This document shows, piece after piece, positions 41,376 to 54,180 of a stretch of 63,041 bases of DNA. This stretch comes from Paracoccus sp. (in: a-proteobacteria). GTDB taxonomy: Bacteria > Pseudomonadota > Alphaproteobacteria > Rhodobacterales > Rhodobacteraceae. A model generated the notes under the pieces. It was not told the DNA's origin. It did no database searches and worked only from the letters and a program-made list of their open reading frames with translations. Both the position numbers and the translations under genes were made by a program. Position 1 is the stretch's first letter. Every line of letters starts with the position of its first letter. The stretch covers positions 1-63,041 of the forward strand of contig JAUNUO010000002.1 in the NCBI GenBank assembly GCA_030538135.1, read 5' to 3'.

Positions 41376-42566
41376 ATGGACCTGTTGATCCGCAATGTGC
41401 GCCCCATGGGTCGGAACCCCGCCGACATCCTGATCCGGTCCGGGCGCATCGCCCGCATAGCCCCGGCAATCGAGGCACCGGACGTCGCAGTCGAGGACGG
41501 GGGCGGCCATCTGGCGATTGCCGGGCTGGTCGACGCCCATACTCATCTGGACAAGACCACTTGGGGCATGGACTGGCACGTCAACGACCAGCGCGCCACG
41601 CTGAAGGAACGCATCGACTTCGAACGCGAGCATCGGCTGGAGATCGGCATTGACCCCCACCGACAGTCGATGCGCCACGCACTTGGCCTCGTCGCTCACG
41701 GCACCACCCATATCCGCAGCCATGTTGACATCGATACCCGCCACGGGCTCGCGATGATGGAAGGTGTCGTCGCAACCCGCGACGCGCTGCGCGGCGTGAT
41801 CGACATCGAGATCGTGGCGTTTCCGCAATCCGCGATCATCACCCGTCCCGGCACCGCCGAACTGCTGGATCAGGCGCTGGCGGCCGGAGCCGAGGTCGTG
41901 GGCGGCATCGACCCATGCGGGATGGAACGTGACCCTAAAGGTTCGCTGGACGTGATCTTCGGACTGGCGGAAAAGCACGGCAAGCCCATCGACATCCACC
42001 TGCATGAGTTGGGCGAACTTGGTGCCTTCAGCATGGAAATGATCCTTGACCGCATCCGCACTCATGGGATGCAGGGCAAGGTCGCGATCAGCCATGCCTT
42101 CTGCCTTGGCGCGCCCGACTGGCAGCGGACGCAGGGGCTGATCGACGAACTGGCGGAACTTGACGTGGCGATCCTGACCACCGGCACGCCCTCGGTCCCA
42201 GTGCCCGCCATCCTGCGGCTGAAAGAAGCGGGCATCCGCACCGGCGCGGGCTGCGACGGCATTCGCGATACCTGGGGGCCGTGGGGCCTGCCCGACATGC
42301 TGCACCGGGCGCAGGTGATCGGGATGAAGAATGGCCTGCGCCGCGACGCCGATCTGGAATACGCGCTGCACGTCTGTTCATCGGGCGGCGCCGAAGTGAT
42401 GGGATTTGCCCACGGGTTGGCCGAGGGAATGCCTGCGGACCTGACGCTGTTGCAGGGACAGACGCTAGCCCATGCGATCGTGGACTGTGCGCCGCGCCCG
42501 CTGGTCGTCAAGGGCGGTCGCGTCACCGCGCGCATGGGCGAACTGGTCGGCTTGGTGATGCCATGA
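41376..42566 (+). CDS. Amidohydrolase, cytosine deaminase (CodA)/AtzC-like
   Basis: VDAHTHLDK, GTTHIRSHVD, IDIHLHE, SHAFCL, GCDGIRD.WGPWG. Confidence 0.85.
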   Translation: MDLLIRNVRPMGRNPADILIRSGRIARIAPAIEAPDVAVEDGGGHLAIAGLVDAHTHLDKTTWGMDWHVNDQRATLKERIDFEREHRLEIGIDPHRQSMRHALGLVAHGTTHIRSHVDIDTRHGLAMMEGVVATRDALRGVIDIEIVAFPQSAIITRPGTAELLDQALAAGAEVVGGIDPCGMERDPKGSLDVIFGLAEKHGKPIDIHLHELGELGAFSMEMILDRIRTHGMQGKVAISHAFCLGAPDWQRTQGLIDELAELDVAILTTGTPSVPVPAILRLKEAGIRTGAGCDGIRDTWGPWGLPDMLHRAQVIGMKNGLRRDADLEYALHVCSSGGAEVMGFAHGLAEGMPADLTLLQGQTLAHAIVDCAPRPLVVKGGRVTARMGELVGLVMP

Positions 42567-44041
42567 CACTCGCCGACCTGCCTCTTGGCCAACCCCTGCG
42601 CGGCCGCACCCTTCTGACCGCCGACTGGGTGCTGGCCGACGGGCCGCGCTTGATCCGCAACGGCCATGTGGTGATCGAGGGAACTCGCGTCCTGCATGTC
42701 GGCCGTGCCTTCGAAGGCGAGGTGGCGCGGCGGATCGACTTTGGCCCGGCGCTGATTTCGCCCGGGCTGATCGACCTTGACGCGTTGTCGGATCTGGACA
42801 CGACGATCCTGACGCTGGACCATGCACCCGGCTGGGCCAAGGGCCGTGTGTGGCCGCGATCCTACGTCGAGCGCGGCCCCTACGAGATGTATTCGCCCGA
42901 GGAACTGGCGTTCCAGAAACGTTTCGCCATTGCCCAGTTGCTGATGAGCGGGATCACTACCGCCGCCCCGATTGCAAGCCTTTTCTATCGGGAATGGGGT
43001 GAAACCGTTGCCGAATTCGCGGCGACCAGCGATGCGGCGGGCGAAATGGGTCTGCGCGTCTATCTGGGTCCGGCTTATCGCAGCGGCGGCATGGTTCTGG
43101 AAGGGCCGGGGCAGATGACGCCAGTCTTTGACGAGGCTCGCGGCTTGTGGGGTCTTGATGACGCCGTCGCCTTCATCCGCGAACATGACGGACGGCACGG
43201 CGGGCTTGTGCGGGGCCTGCTGGCGCCCGACCGCGTGGAAACCTGCACCGCCGAACTACTGCGCCGCACAGATGCAGCTAGCCGCGACCTGGGCTGTCCG
43301 ATCCGGCTGCATATGGCACAGGGGCAGATGGAGCTGGACACCGTGCGCGCTCTGCACGGCACCACGGCGCCAGACTGGCTGGCTCGTCTGGGGGTGTTGT
43401 CTGATCGGCTGATCGCGCCTCATGCGACATATGCCAGCGATACCGATCTGCGCCATTATGCCGACCATGGTGTCAGCGTGGTCCATTGCCCGCTGGTTTC
43501 GGGCCGGGGCGGGTCCATCCTGCGGTCGTTCAGTCGCCTACGGGATATGGGGATCAACATCGCTATGGGGACCGACACCGCGCCGGCAGACATGCTGTTG
43601 AACCTGATGGCAGGGTTCATGACCGCGCAGATCGCGGACAGGCCGGGGACGGTCAGGACACGCGATCTGTGGGACGCGGCGACTCTCGGCGGCGCACGGG
43701 CGCTGAAGCGCGAAGACTTGGGTCGGCTTGCCCCCGGTAACCCGGCCGACATCGCGGTTTTTGCGCTGGACGACGCGGTAATGACCCCGGCAATCGACCC
43801 GATCACCACGCTGGTTGCTGGCGGATCGGGCAGGGTGACGCAGGCGGTGTTCGTCGACGGCCGGCTGTCGATGCGTCGGGTGAATCACGCCCCGATGGTC
43901 GCGGGCATCGACATGCCCGCAGCGCAGGCGCGCGCGCAGACGCAGTTTGACGGACTGGTCGGGAAATATCCTGAACGAAGCTGGGGGCACCCGCCGGTTT
44001 CCGAACTTTTCCCCCCGTCCTACCCGGTGGAGGAGGCATGA
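42563..44041 (+). CDS. Amidohydrolase (chlorohydrolase/deaminase-like) with atypical metal motif
   Basis: PGLIDLDALSD in place of HxH, IRLHMAQ, APHA, AMGTD, ATLGGARAL. Confidence 0.8.
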   Translation: MTLADLPLGQPLRGRTLLTADWVLADGPRLIRNGHVVIEGTRVLHVGRAFEGEVARRIDFGPALISPGLIDLDALSDLDTTILTLDHAPGWAKGRVWPRSYVERGPYEMYSPEELAFQKRFAIAQLLMSGITTAAPIASLFYREWGETVAEFAATSDAAGEMGLRVYLGPAYRSGGMVLEGPGQMTPVFDEARGLWGLDDAVAFIREHDGRHGGLVRGLLAPDRVETCTAELLRRTDAASRDLGCPIRLHMAQGQMELDTVRALHGTTAPDWLARLGVLSDRLIAPHATYASDTDLRHYADHGVSVVHCPLVSGRGGSILRSFSRLRDMGINIAMGTDTAPADMLLNLMAGFMTAQIADRPGTVRTRDLWDAATLGGARALKREDLGRLAPGNPADIAVFALDDAVMTPAIDPITTLVAGGSGRVTQAVFVDGRLSMRRVNHAPMVAGIDMPAAQARAQTQFDGLVGKYPERSWGHPPVSELFPPSYPVEEA

Positions 44042-45009
44042 GCGTTCTAGAGATCAGGAACCTGCGGGTAGAGTTTCCTACCCGCCACGGAGTCTTAACG
44101 GCGCTTGACGACGTGTCGCTGTCGATCGCTCCGGGCGAAATCCTGGGGGTCGTCGGCGAATCCGGCGCGGGCAAGTCAATGACCGGCTTGGCGGCGCAGG
44201 GATTGCTGGAACCACCCGGACATATCGCTGGCGGCGAGGTCTGGCTGAACGGGCGGCGCATCGACAATCTACCCGAATCGCAGATGGTCAAGATCCGCGG
44301 GCGCGAGATCGGGGCGATCTTTCAAGACCCGCTGACTTCACTGAACCCCCTGTTCACCGTCGGCGCGCAGCTGGTCGAAACTATCCGACTTCATTTGCCG
44401 CTGGGCCGGCGCGAGGCACAGGAGCGGGCGATCGAGTTGCTGGCCGAGGTCGGCATCCCCGCGCCCGAGGAACGGGTGAAACATTATCCCCACCAGTTTT
44501 CCGGTGGCATGCGTCAGCGGGTGGTGATTGCGCTGGCGCTGGCTGCGCGGCCCAAGCTGATCATCGCGGACGAGCCGACGACGGCACTGGATGTGTCAAT
44601 TCAGGCGCAGATCACCGCGCTGCTGCGGCGGCTCTGCGACGAACACGGCACCGCCGTGATGCTGGTAACCCACGACATGGGCGTGATCGCGGAAACCGCC
44701 GACCGGGTGGCGGTGATGTATGCCGGCCGGCTGGCCGAAATGGGTCCGGTAGCCGATGTCACGCGCAACCCTGCCCACCCCTATACGCGCGGACTGATGG
44801 GCTCGATACCCGCGCTTGGGGCGCGGGTCGAGCGGCTGGCCCAGATCGACGGCGCCATGCCGCGACTGGATGCGATCCCGCCAGGCTGCGCCTTCAACCC
44901 GCGTTGCCATCAGGCCGGGCCGCGTTGCCGGAGTAGTCGGCCAGATCTGGTTTCTGCGGGCGGCAGCATCGCCGCCTGCTGGCTGCATGACGGAGGAGTG
45001 GACCTATGA
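44038..45009 (+). CDS. ABC ATPase, DppD-like
   Basis: GESGAGKS, FSGGMRQR, IADEPTT. Confidence 0.93.
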   Translation: MSVLEIRNLRVEFPTRHGVLTALDDVSLSIAPGEILGVVGESGAGKSMTGLAAQGLLEPPGHIAGGEVWLNGRRIDNLPESQMVKIRGREIGAIFQDPLTSLNPLFTVGAQLVETIRLHLPLGRREAQERAIELLAEVGIPAPEERVKHYPHQFSGGMRQRVVIALALAARPKLIIADEPTTALDVSIQAQITALLRRLCDEHGTAVMLVTHDMGVIAETADRVAVMYAGRLAEMGPVADVTRNPAHPYTRGLMGSIPALGARVERLAQIDGAMPRLDAIPPGCAFNPRCHQAGPRCRSSRPDLVSAGGSIAACWLHDGGVDL

Positions 45010-45983
45010 CCGATGCCATGACGGCCACCGGGCTGACGCGCGTCTTTGACGTTTCGCAGCCGTGGCTAAACCGTGTGATCGAAAACCGGCCGCGCCAGTA
45101 TCTACGCGCCGTCGACGGGATCGATTTTGCCGTTCCCCAAGGCGGATGCCTGTCGCTGGTGGGCGAGTCCGGCTGCGGCAAGTCCACCGTCGCGCGGCTG
45201 GTGACCGGGCTTTATGCGCCCAGTTCGGGTGAGATCCGCTTTGCGCCCGGCATCAGCGGCCAGCCCCTATCGGCACAGATGATCTTCCAAGACCCCTACG
45301 CCAGCCTGAACCCGCGCTGGCGGGTGTTCGACGTCATTGCCGAACCATTGCGCGAGTTGAAACTGCGCGAGGGCGACGCCATTCGCGCGCGTGTCGAGGA
45401 ATTGCTGAGCATCGTGGGCCTGTCGCCCTCGGACTGCCGCAAGTTCCCGCATGAATTTTCGGGCGGGCAACGGCAGCGCATCTCGATCGCCCGTGCGTTG
45501 GCCTCCGAACCTGAATTTCTGGTCTGCGACGAACCCACCAGCGCGCTGGACGTGTCAGTGCAGGCGCAGATCCTGAACCTGATGCGGCGGTTGCAGGATG
45601 AATTGGGGCTGACCTATCTGTTCATCAGCCACGACCTGTCGGTAGTCCGCCACATGTCGGACGTGATCGCGGTCATGTACTTGGGCCGGATCATCGAAGA
45701 GGCGCCGACCGAAACCCTGTTTGGCGCACCGAAGCACCCGTATACCCAGTTATTGTTGGAAACGATTCCCGATGTGCGAAACCCGCACCGCAATCGTGAA
45801 TTGCGGGGCGGCGAGGTGCCCAGTCCTCTGAAGCCCCCGCCAGGATGCAGCTTCCACCCACGTTGTCCGTTTGCGGATGCTCGCTGCAAGGCAGAACGGC
45901 CCGAGATGCTGCGCTGGCCCGACGGGTCGCGCACCGCCTGTCATCGGGTCGAGGAAAGCGGTGGCCGCCCTGCTGGGGGATAA
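45006..45983 (+). CDS. ABC ATPase, DppF-like
   Basis: [23 protein letters not shown]. Confidence 0.93.
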   Translation: MTDAMTATGLTRVFDVSQPWLNRVIENRPRQYLRAVDGIDFAVPQGGCLSLVGESGCGKSTVARLVTGLYAPSSGEIRFAPGISGQPLSAQMIFQDPYASLNPRWRVFDVIAEPLRELKLREGDAIRARVEELLSIVGLSPSDCRKFPHEFSGGQRQRISIARALASEPEFLVCDEPTSALDVSVQAQILNLMRRLQDELGLTYLFISHDLSVVRHMSDVIAVMYLGRIIEEAPTETLFGAPKHPYTQLLLETIPDVRNPHRNRELRGGEVPSPLKPPPGCSFHPRCPFADARCKAERPEMLRWPDGSRTACHRVEESGGRPAGG

Positions 45984-46063
45984 TTCGCCCCGGCGGCGGC
46001 ACGAAGCGGCCTTCTTATCCCTTTGACCACTCTGCAAACTGTCCCGAATACTTCCCCGTCGTT

Positions 46064-46801
46064 TCACCCGGCCAGCAGCACGCTGCCGGGCTTGACACGC
46101 GGCAGCGCATACGCCCCGATTTTCGAGGTTGCAAAGCCGCCGCCCGCCATCGCCTCGGCCAGTTTCACGGCGGCAACCACTCCGTCAATTACTGGCAGAC
46201 CGCAGCGAAGCTGTAGCTGGGCGGCAAGATCCGCCATGCCCGCGCAGCCGAGAATAACCGCCTCGGCCCGATCGTTATCGCGCGCGGCGTCGATTTCCGC
46301 CGCGATCAGGTCGGCGGCATGGGCACCATCGTCTTCAAGCGCAAGGACGGGCAGATCGGCGGCGCGGACACGGCGGCAACAGTGGCTCGCGCCATATTCA
46401 ACGATCAGATCTTCGATGATCGGAACGGATCGCGGCAAGGTCGTCACGACCGAAAACCGCGCCGAAATGGTCATGGCGACCTGCACCGCTGCTTGGCAGA
46501 TGCCGATCACCGGCCCGGACGCAATCTCTCGTGCCGCCTTGAGGCCGGGATCGTCGAAACAGGCAATAACATGGGCATTCACACCATCCGCTTCGGCCCG
46601 GCGGATGGCGGTCAGCATCGCCGGCAAGGCCATCGCCTCGTCGGCGTAGCCTTCGATGCTGACCGGTGTGCCGGCCGGGTTGGCGGCGATGATCCGCGTA
46701 CCGGGCGCGGCGACGGCGACCGCAGCCTCGCGCGCCTTTTCCGTCATTGAGGCGGTCGAATTCGGATTAAGCAGGTGGATGATCACAACTCGCTCTCCCA
46801 T
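46064..46801 (-). CDS. Hydantoin/allantoin racemase (Asp/Glu racemase family)
   Basis: NPNSTASMT, IACFDDPG, ILGCAGM, PVIDGV. Confidence 0.88.
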   Translation of the reverse strand: MGERVVIIHLLNPNSTASMTEKAREAAVAVAAPGTRIIAANPAGTPVSIEGYADEAMALPAMLTAIRRAEADGVNAHVIACFDDPGLKAAREIASGPVIGICQAAVQVAMTISARFSVVTTLPRSVPIIEDLIVEYGASHCCRRVRAADLPVLALEDDGAHAADLIAAEIDAARDNDRAEAVILGCAGMADLAAQLQLRCGLPVIDGVVAAVKLAEAMAGGGFATSKIGAYALPRVKPGSVLLAG

Positions 46802-47418
46802 ACCGGTGTCACCGAAGCGACGGCGGGCGCCTTCAACTCGATCTGCCGATCCGAGGTGACGTAGTTATCGGCGTGCAGCCGGGCGATCGGCTGATAGGTT
46901 TCCGGGTTCACATAGCGTCCGGCGGCATCGAGGCAGTCGTGGCGGACATGCATGAACACGACCTGCCCCAAGACGATAACGCGCCGATCATAGTCGATCA
47001 GCCGTTCCACCCGGCACTCCATGGCGCATGGGGATTCGCCGATACGGGGGGCAGAAACCAGCGTGCCGGGAACCGGCGTCAGTCCAGCCGTGCGGATTTC
47101 GTCAACGCGGCGGTCAAAAGGCAACCCGCAGATCAACATCCCCGGCGCCAGCGCCATATCGACCATGTTAACCACGAATTCCCCTGTTTCGCGGATGTTG
47201 AGCACGGTGTCTTTAATCGCGCCGTCGGGCCGTGTCTGGATGCCCAGGATGACTATCGGAGGTTCGTGCGAAAAGACGTTGAAGAAACTCATCGGTGCGG
47301 CGTTCTGCCCGCCCTTGGTTCCACGGGTGGAGACCAGCGCCACCGGTCGCGGCCCGACAAAGTTCGACAAGAGCCGGTAACGGGCATCTGCGGCAAGCTG
47401 GGTAAAATCGAACTGCAT
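46783..47418 (-). CDS. Flavin reductase family protein
   Basis: PRPVALVST, NAAPMSFFN, KDTVLNIRETGEFVVN, MECR. Confidence 0.88.
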   Translation of the reverse strand: MQFDFTQLAADARYRLLSNFVGPRPVALVSTRGTKGGQNAAPMSFFNVFSHEPPIVILGIQTRPDGAIKDTVLNIRETGEFVVNMVDMALAPGMLICGLPFDRRVDEIRTAGLTPVPGTLVSAPRIGESPCAMECRVERLIDYDRRVIVLGQVVFMHVRHDCLDAAGRYVNPETYQPIARLHADNYVTSDRQIELKAPAVASVTPVWESEL

Positions 47419-47509
47419 TACCGGTGTCTCGCTTTTGACTGGCATCGAGAATTCTGCCAGATCGTGTGAACGCGGGTTGACTCTCGCCCCGTCGGTATGA
47501 CTGACATTA

Positions 47510-47531
47510 TTGTCTACAATTTTGTAGTCAA
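47510..47531. promoter_or_regulatory. Putative GntR operators
   Basis: TTGTCTACAA and TTGTAGTCAA in the divergent promoter. Confidence 0.5.
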
Positions 47532-47558
47532 GAAGTTCGATTGGATAATAGATCGCAT

Positions 47559-48260
47559 ATGCTGGAAGCTGAAAGATACCGCCCCGACAACAAGACTCCC
47601 CTTGGCGTGAGCGAGATCAGCGAACGCATCTGGCTGGCCATCGCCGGGCGGCGGCTGCGGCCCGGAACCAGGCTGAAAGAGGAAGAGTTGGCCGAGATCT
47701 TCGGCGTCAGCCGCGCGCGCATCCGCCAGGCCTTGGCGGCGCTGGAACGCGAGGGTCTGGTGACAATTCTGCCAAATCGTGGCGCTTTTGTCTCGGCTCC
47801 CACCGTCGAAGAAGCAGGCGACGTATTCTTCGCCCGCAAGGCAGTCGAGCAGCGAGTGGTTGAACGGTTGGCCTCCCGGATCACATCCCAAGCGGTCGCC
47901 GATCTGCGCGACCATGTCGCCCGTGAGCGGGTCGCAGCCGATAACAACCAAGTGTCCGACGTAATCCGGCTGTCAGGCGGGTTCCATCAGAAGCTGGCCG
48001 AGTTGCTGGGGTCCGAATTCCTCAGTTCTGTCCTACGGGACCTGATTGCCCGCAGTTCGCTGATTACCGCAGTTTATCGCGATACGGCCCATTACAACTG
48101 CGGTCCCGACGAACACAGCGCGGTGATCGACCGCCTGGAACGAGGCGATGCCGCCGGCGCTGCCGAGATGATGGGCCGGCACCTGGACCATATCGAGGCC
48201 AATCTGAAACTGGACCGCGATTCCCACGGTCGGCAGGACTTGAAAAGCGTCTTCGGCTGA
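47559..48260 (+). CDS. GntR family regulator (FCD domain)
   Basis: LRPGTRLKEEELAEIFGVSRARIRQAL..PNRGAFV. Confidence 0.92.
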   Translation: MLEAERYRPDNKTPLGVSEISERIWLAIAGRRLRPGTRLKEEELAEIFGVSRARIRQALAALEREGLVTILPNRGAFVSAPTVEEAGDVFFARKAVEQRVVERLASRITSQAVADLRDHVARERVAADNNQVSDVIRLSGGFHQKLAELLGSEFLSSVLRDLIARSSLITAVYRDTAHYNCGPDEHSAVIDRLERGDAAGAAEMMGRHLDHIEANLKLDRDSHGRQDLKSVFG

Positions 48261-48404
48261 TCCGGACCTCTCTGACTCGGTGGTGCAGACGCGAACACAG
48301 TCGCAAGCCTACCGCCGTCCAGGCACCCTGCGCATAAACGGTGGGTATTGAGCCACTTGGCGATGCTTGGGCAAGCGGGCCGGCTCGATAGGTTTCACGG
48401 TCAA

Positions 48405-48550
48405 TGAAGCGAGAGTTTCAGCCCCATGGGCCTGATACACATTCTTCGCCAGATTGAGCCCGACCGGGACAATATCCGACCTGACCGCTCTCCTCTGTGG
48501 ATCCTCGCAGAACACCTTGGCAAGTCGATGCCGACGGGGGGCGGTCACAT
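48405..48550 (-). mobile_element. IS110-family left-end and transposase N-terminal remnant
   Basis: IVPVGLNLAKNVYQAHGA (cf. GLDLAKNVFQVHG). Confidence 0.6.
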
Positions 48551-48656
48551 AATCAGACCTCTTTCTTGTGAAATGCCAAAGTTCGAATTACTGCCCTTTG
48601 CAGGATAGGCACGATATCGGAGCCTGATCCCTTCTGGCCATTTCGGGAATACTGCT

Positions 48657-49397
48657 TTGAAGACCCTGCCAAGTCCGCCCAAACTCATATCATCGAAACT
48701 ACAGCTTCCGGTCGGTGCCCCCGACCGGGCGGGGCCGATGGTCCAGGCATTGGTCCAGCAGATCACGGCACGAATCGCGGCGGGCGAGTATCCCCCCGGC
48801 AGCCGTCTGCCGGCCGAGCGACAGTTCGCCGCCGCGCTGTCCGTTGCGCGCAACACTTTGCGCGAGGCATTGAGCATTCTTCAGCGACAGAACCTTATAC
48901 ATCGTCGCGGCGGCGCAGGTAATTATGTTGCCGAGGATGTTGCCTTCGCGACTGTTCCGCAGGTCGAGACGCTGGCCGGCCCGGTACATCTGCATGTCAT
49001 GCGCGGCATCCTTGAGCCTGAAATCGCCCGGTTGGCAGTCCTGAACATGTCGCCGACCATCATGGCTCAACTGTTCGGCATTGTCGAAAAGATGAATGGC
49101 TTGGATGACGACCCTCTGGGCTTTGCCAGACAAGAGGAGAACTTTTATCTGAAGCTGGCCGAGGGGACGGGAAACCCGCTATTACAGGGCTGTTACCAAA
49201 TAGTCGTCCGGGCGCGTCAGCAGCCCTATCACGATGCGATGCTACAACGGCATGTCACGCCGCTCAGGATCGACCGGCAGTTGCGGGGCTATGAAACATT
49301 GCTGGCGGCGCTGGCCGCGCGCGATATCCCCGAGGCGACGGTGCAGGTGCAAGAGCTTCTGTTGGCTGAACAGCGAATGTTCATGCAGGAGGACTGA
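48657..49397 (+). CDS. FadR/GntR family regulator
   Basis: GEYPPGSRLPAERQFA..VARNTLREAL, RGILEPE, TGNPLL; start may be 48738. Confidence 0.88.
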   Translation: MKTLPSPPKLISSKLQLPVGAPDRAGPMVQALVQQITARIAAGEYPPGSRLPAERQFAAALSVARNTLREALSILQRQNLIHRRGGAGNYVAEDVAFATVPQVETLAGPVHLHVMRGILEPEIARLAVLNMSPTIMAQLFGIVEKMNGLDDDPLGFARQEENFYLKLAEGTGNPLLQGCYQIVVRARQQPYHDAMLQRHVTPLRIDRQLRGYETLLAALAARDIPEATVQVQELLLAEQRMFMQED

Positions 49398-50637
49398 GTT
49401 GCGGCAGCGCCAGCCCCTCGCGCGCCATTTCACGCAGCAAAAGATCCTCGTGCTGGATTAGCCAGTTCAGCACCGATCCGAAACCGACGATCCGCGCCAC
49501 ACCACCGCGTATCGTCACCACAGGCCACTGTCCAATCAAAGCGTTGTTGATGCCAAACAGCCGCTCGCCATACCAGCGGGCGGGCCCAAAGACATGCAGC
49601 ATCTGCTGGCCCCGTTTCATTGCCGGCAAGACGCTGGCCGGATCGGCACTGCCGGCGATCTCGACTGCCGCATGCCACAGGTCCAGAGTTGCTGCATATT
49701 CCCAGCTGACGGCCGACCACTGGCCGGGTGAACGGGCCTGATACGCCGCGAAGAAACTGGCCGGGCTGCGATAGAAGAAGGCGGTATCCGCTAGCGCCGG
49801 ATCGTCAAAATCAGGGAAATGGAAGATGAAATTTTCCATGAATCGCACCGAGGTCCGGGCGACCATCTGCGGATAGCCATCGCCGGTGCAGGCCAGCATC
49901 GGACCATCGAAGCCCGCCTGAAAGGCCGCCTCGGTCAGTGCGAGGATCATATGCGGTTCGGAACCGCACCAGCACAATGCCTCGGCCCCTGATTCCAGCA
50001 TCGCTGCGACCAGGGCCGGGGCGTCATGTGCCAGCCCGTCATAGCGCAACTCCCGCACGATCTGCATTCCGGCGGCAAGGAAGGCGGCACGGTAGGTTGC
50101 CAACGCAGGCAGGCCCATCAGGTCCTGCTGGCTGCACAGCGCCACCCGCCGCAATCCGGGCCGCGTCCGCGCCAGCCACTCGGCCGAGGTGACGACGAAC
50201 AGCGGGTGCAGATCGACCGGGGCGATCAGGCTGGGGGCGGCAGGGCCGAGATCGAATGGCAACAATGTCGTCACCAGCGCCCGCCGGGCCATCAGCAACG
50301 GCAGCGCAGGGGCCAGTGAATCTCCACCCAAAGCGAGGATGATGTGCACCCCGGTGGCAAGCTGTTCGCGTGCGTAGATGATAGTCTGTTCCGGCGAAAT
50401 AGCTGCGTCGCGCGCAATGATCTCGACCGGGCGGCGGCTGGATCCGACTTTCATTCCTCCCTCTTCGTTCACCCAGTCGGCCCAGATCCGGCATCCCTTC
50501 AGCCCCGGCCCGCCCCAAGGGGCGAAAGGGCCACTGAACGGCGCCAGAAACCCGATGCGTACCGGCCCCGTCTCTCGCCGCAGGTTGCGGGGCAAGGCAC
50601 CGCCAAGCGCAAGTCTCTGGGCAAGCGAGATATGCAT
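49381..50637 (-). CDS. Leu/Ile/Val-binding-fold (Peripla_BP_6-like) protein without an evident signal peptide
   Basis: VRIGFLAPFSGPFAPWG..VNEEGG; GGGGAGG RBS before MHISL. Confidence 0.75.
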   Translation of the reverse strand: MHISLAQRLALGGALPRNLRRETGPVRIGFLAPFSGPFAPWGGPGLKGCRIWADWVNEEGGMKVGSSRRPVEIIARDAAISPEQTIIYAREQLATGVHIILALGGDSLAPALPLLMARRALVTTLLPFDLGPAAPSLIAPVDLHPLFVVTSAEWLARTRPGLRRVALCSQQDLMGLPALATYRAAFLAAGMQIVRELRYDGLAHDAPALVAAMLESGAEALCWCGSEPHMILALTEAAFQAGFDGPMLACTGDGYPQMVARTSVRFMENFIFHFPDFDDPALADTAFFYRSPASFFAAYQARSPGQWSAVSWEYAATLDLWHAAVEIAGSADPASVLPAMKRGQQMLHVFGPARWYGERLFGINNALIGQWPVVTIRGGVARIVGFGSVLNWLIQHEDLLLREMAREGLALPQLSPPA

Positions 50638-50758
50638 CCTATCCTCCCCGGGCATGACCCTTACCGTGGGGCGGCCAAATTGGAAGGACGCCCAAGGGCG
50701 AGGCTCCCCCTCCAGCGCGTAAAAACCGCTTGACAGAATCACTCTCGATCACACTATC

Positions 50759-50803
50759 TGGATCATACCAATTAAACCAAATTTTTACATTGGACTGGAC
50801 CAA
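50759..50803. promoter_or_regulatory. Putative FadR-type operators
   Basis: TGGATCATACCA (50759) and TTGGACTGGACCAA (50790) in an AT-rich divergent promoter. Confidence 0.45.
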
Positions 50804-51169
50804 AAGATGAGATGAAACGAACAACCATGCTGGCGTGGCCTGAATGGCGCGGGCCGGTGTGCCGACAGTGCAGAAACCGGCAACGGTAACTTGACGGATC
50901 AGGATGACTGATCTGAGAGTTTTCAGCGGGGCGCCGGTAGAATGCGTACCCCCAGAAACCGGGAGGTGGAATTTTTCGCCAGTATTGGCGCGCGTGGCGG
51001 CATTTATTCCGTCAATATTTATATTGTTAACATGGCACTAGCGTCGGAATTGCCACCTAAGGGTTAATGATTTTCGGAGTGATGAAAATTAAACTGTGAC
51101 GATGGATGCGGGAATATCCGGACCGAGGGGAGTCGGGCGGGTAATCCGAAATGAAGGAGGAGAGACACC

Positions 51170-51526
51170 ATGGCTATCAAGAAATTCGGCACCTATCAGG
51201 AACCCAATGTCGAGCCGATCACGACCGACCTCGACTGGTGGCACCCGGTCGAGGGCTCGCCCACGATGCGGACCTGGATTGAATACCAGTCCGAGGACGG
51301 GAATCTCCTGTCCGGCTTCTGGGAGGCGACGCCGGGAACCTATCGCGTGAAATACGATGTCGATGAATTCATTCACCTTTTCGAAGGCAGAGTGGTGCTG
51401 ACCGATAACGGGAAAGAGCCGCAGACCTTTGTCGCCGGTGATACCTTCCTGATCGAGGCCGGCTTCGACGGCACTTGGAAGACCGAAGAAACGGTCCGCA
51501 AGACTTTGGCGATGCGAAGAAGGTAA
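51170..51526 (+). CDS. Cupin domain protein (DUF861/EutQ-like)
   Basis: SGFWEATPG, EFIHLFEGRV, GDTFLI..GF.GTW; AAGGAGG RBS. Confidence 0.88.
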   Translation: MAIKKFGTYQEPNVEPITTDLDWWHPVEGSPTMRTWIEYQSEDGNLLSGFWEATPGTYRVKYDVDEFIHLFEGRVVLTDNGKEPQTFVAGDTFLIEAGFDGTWKTEETVRKTLAMRRR

Positions 51527-51567
51527 TAGCCCTGACTGCCAAACAGCGTCTGTCAGAATATTGATAG

Positions 51568-54054
<2,487 letters not shown>

Positions 54055-54180
54055 CCACACACCTGTGAAGCACCCCCGCGCCGTAGGCAACATCTGCACC
54101 GGCGCGGGCACCCTCTGGCTGCCCCGAAACTGACGATACCGGGATGACGGCCGATCGCAGAGCAGAAGGACAGGCAACAG

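Noticed and set aside
51031-51055. Sigma-54 promoter (TGGCAC..TTGC) upstream of the cupin
   Set aside because: Spacing between the GG and GC elements is wrong
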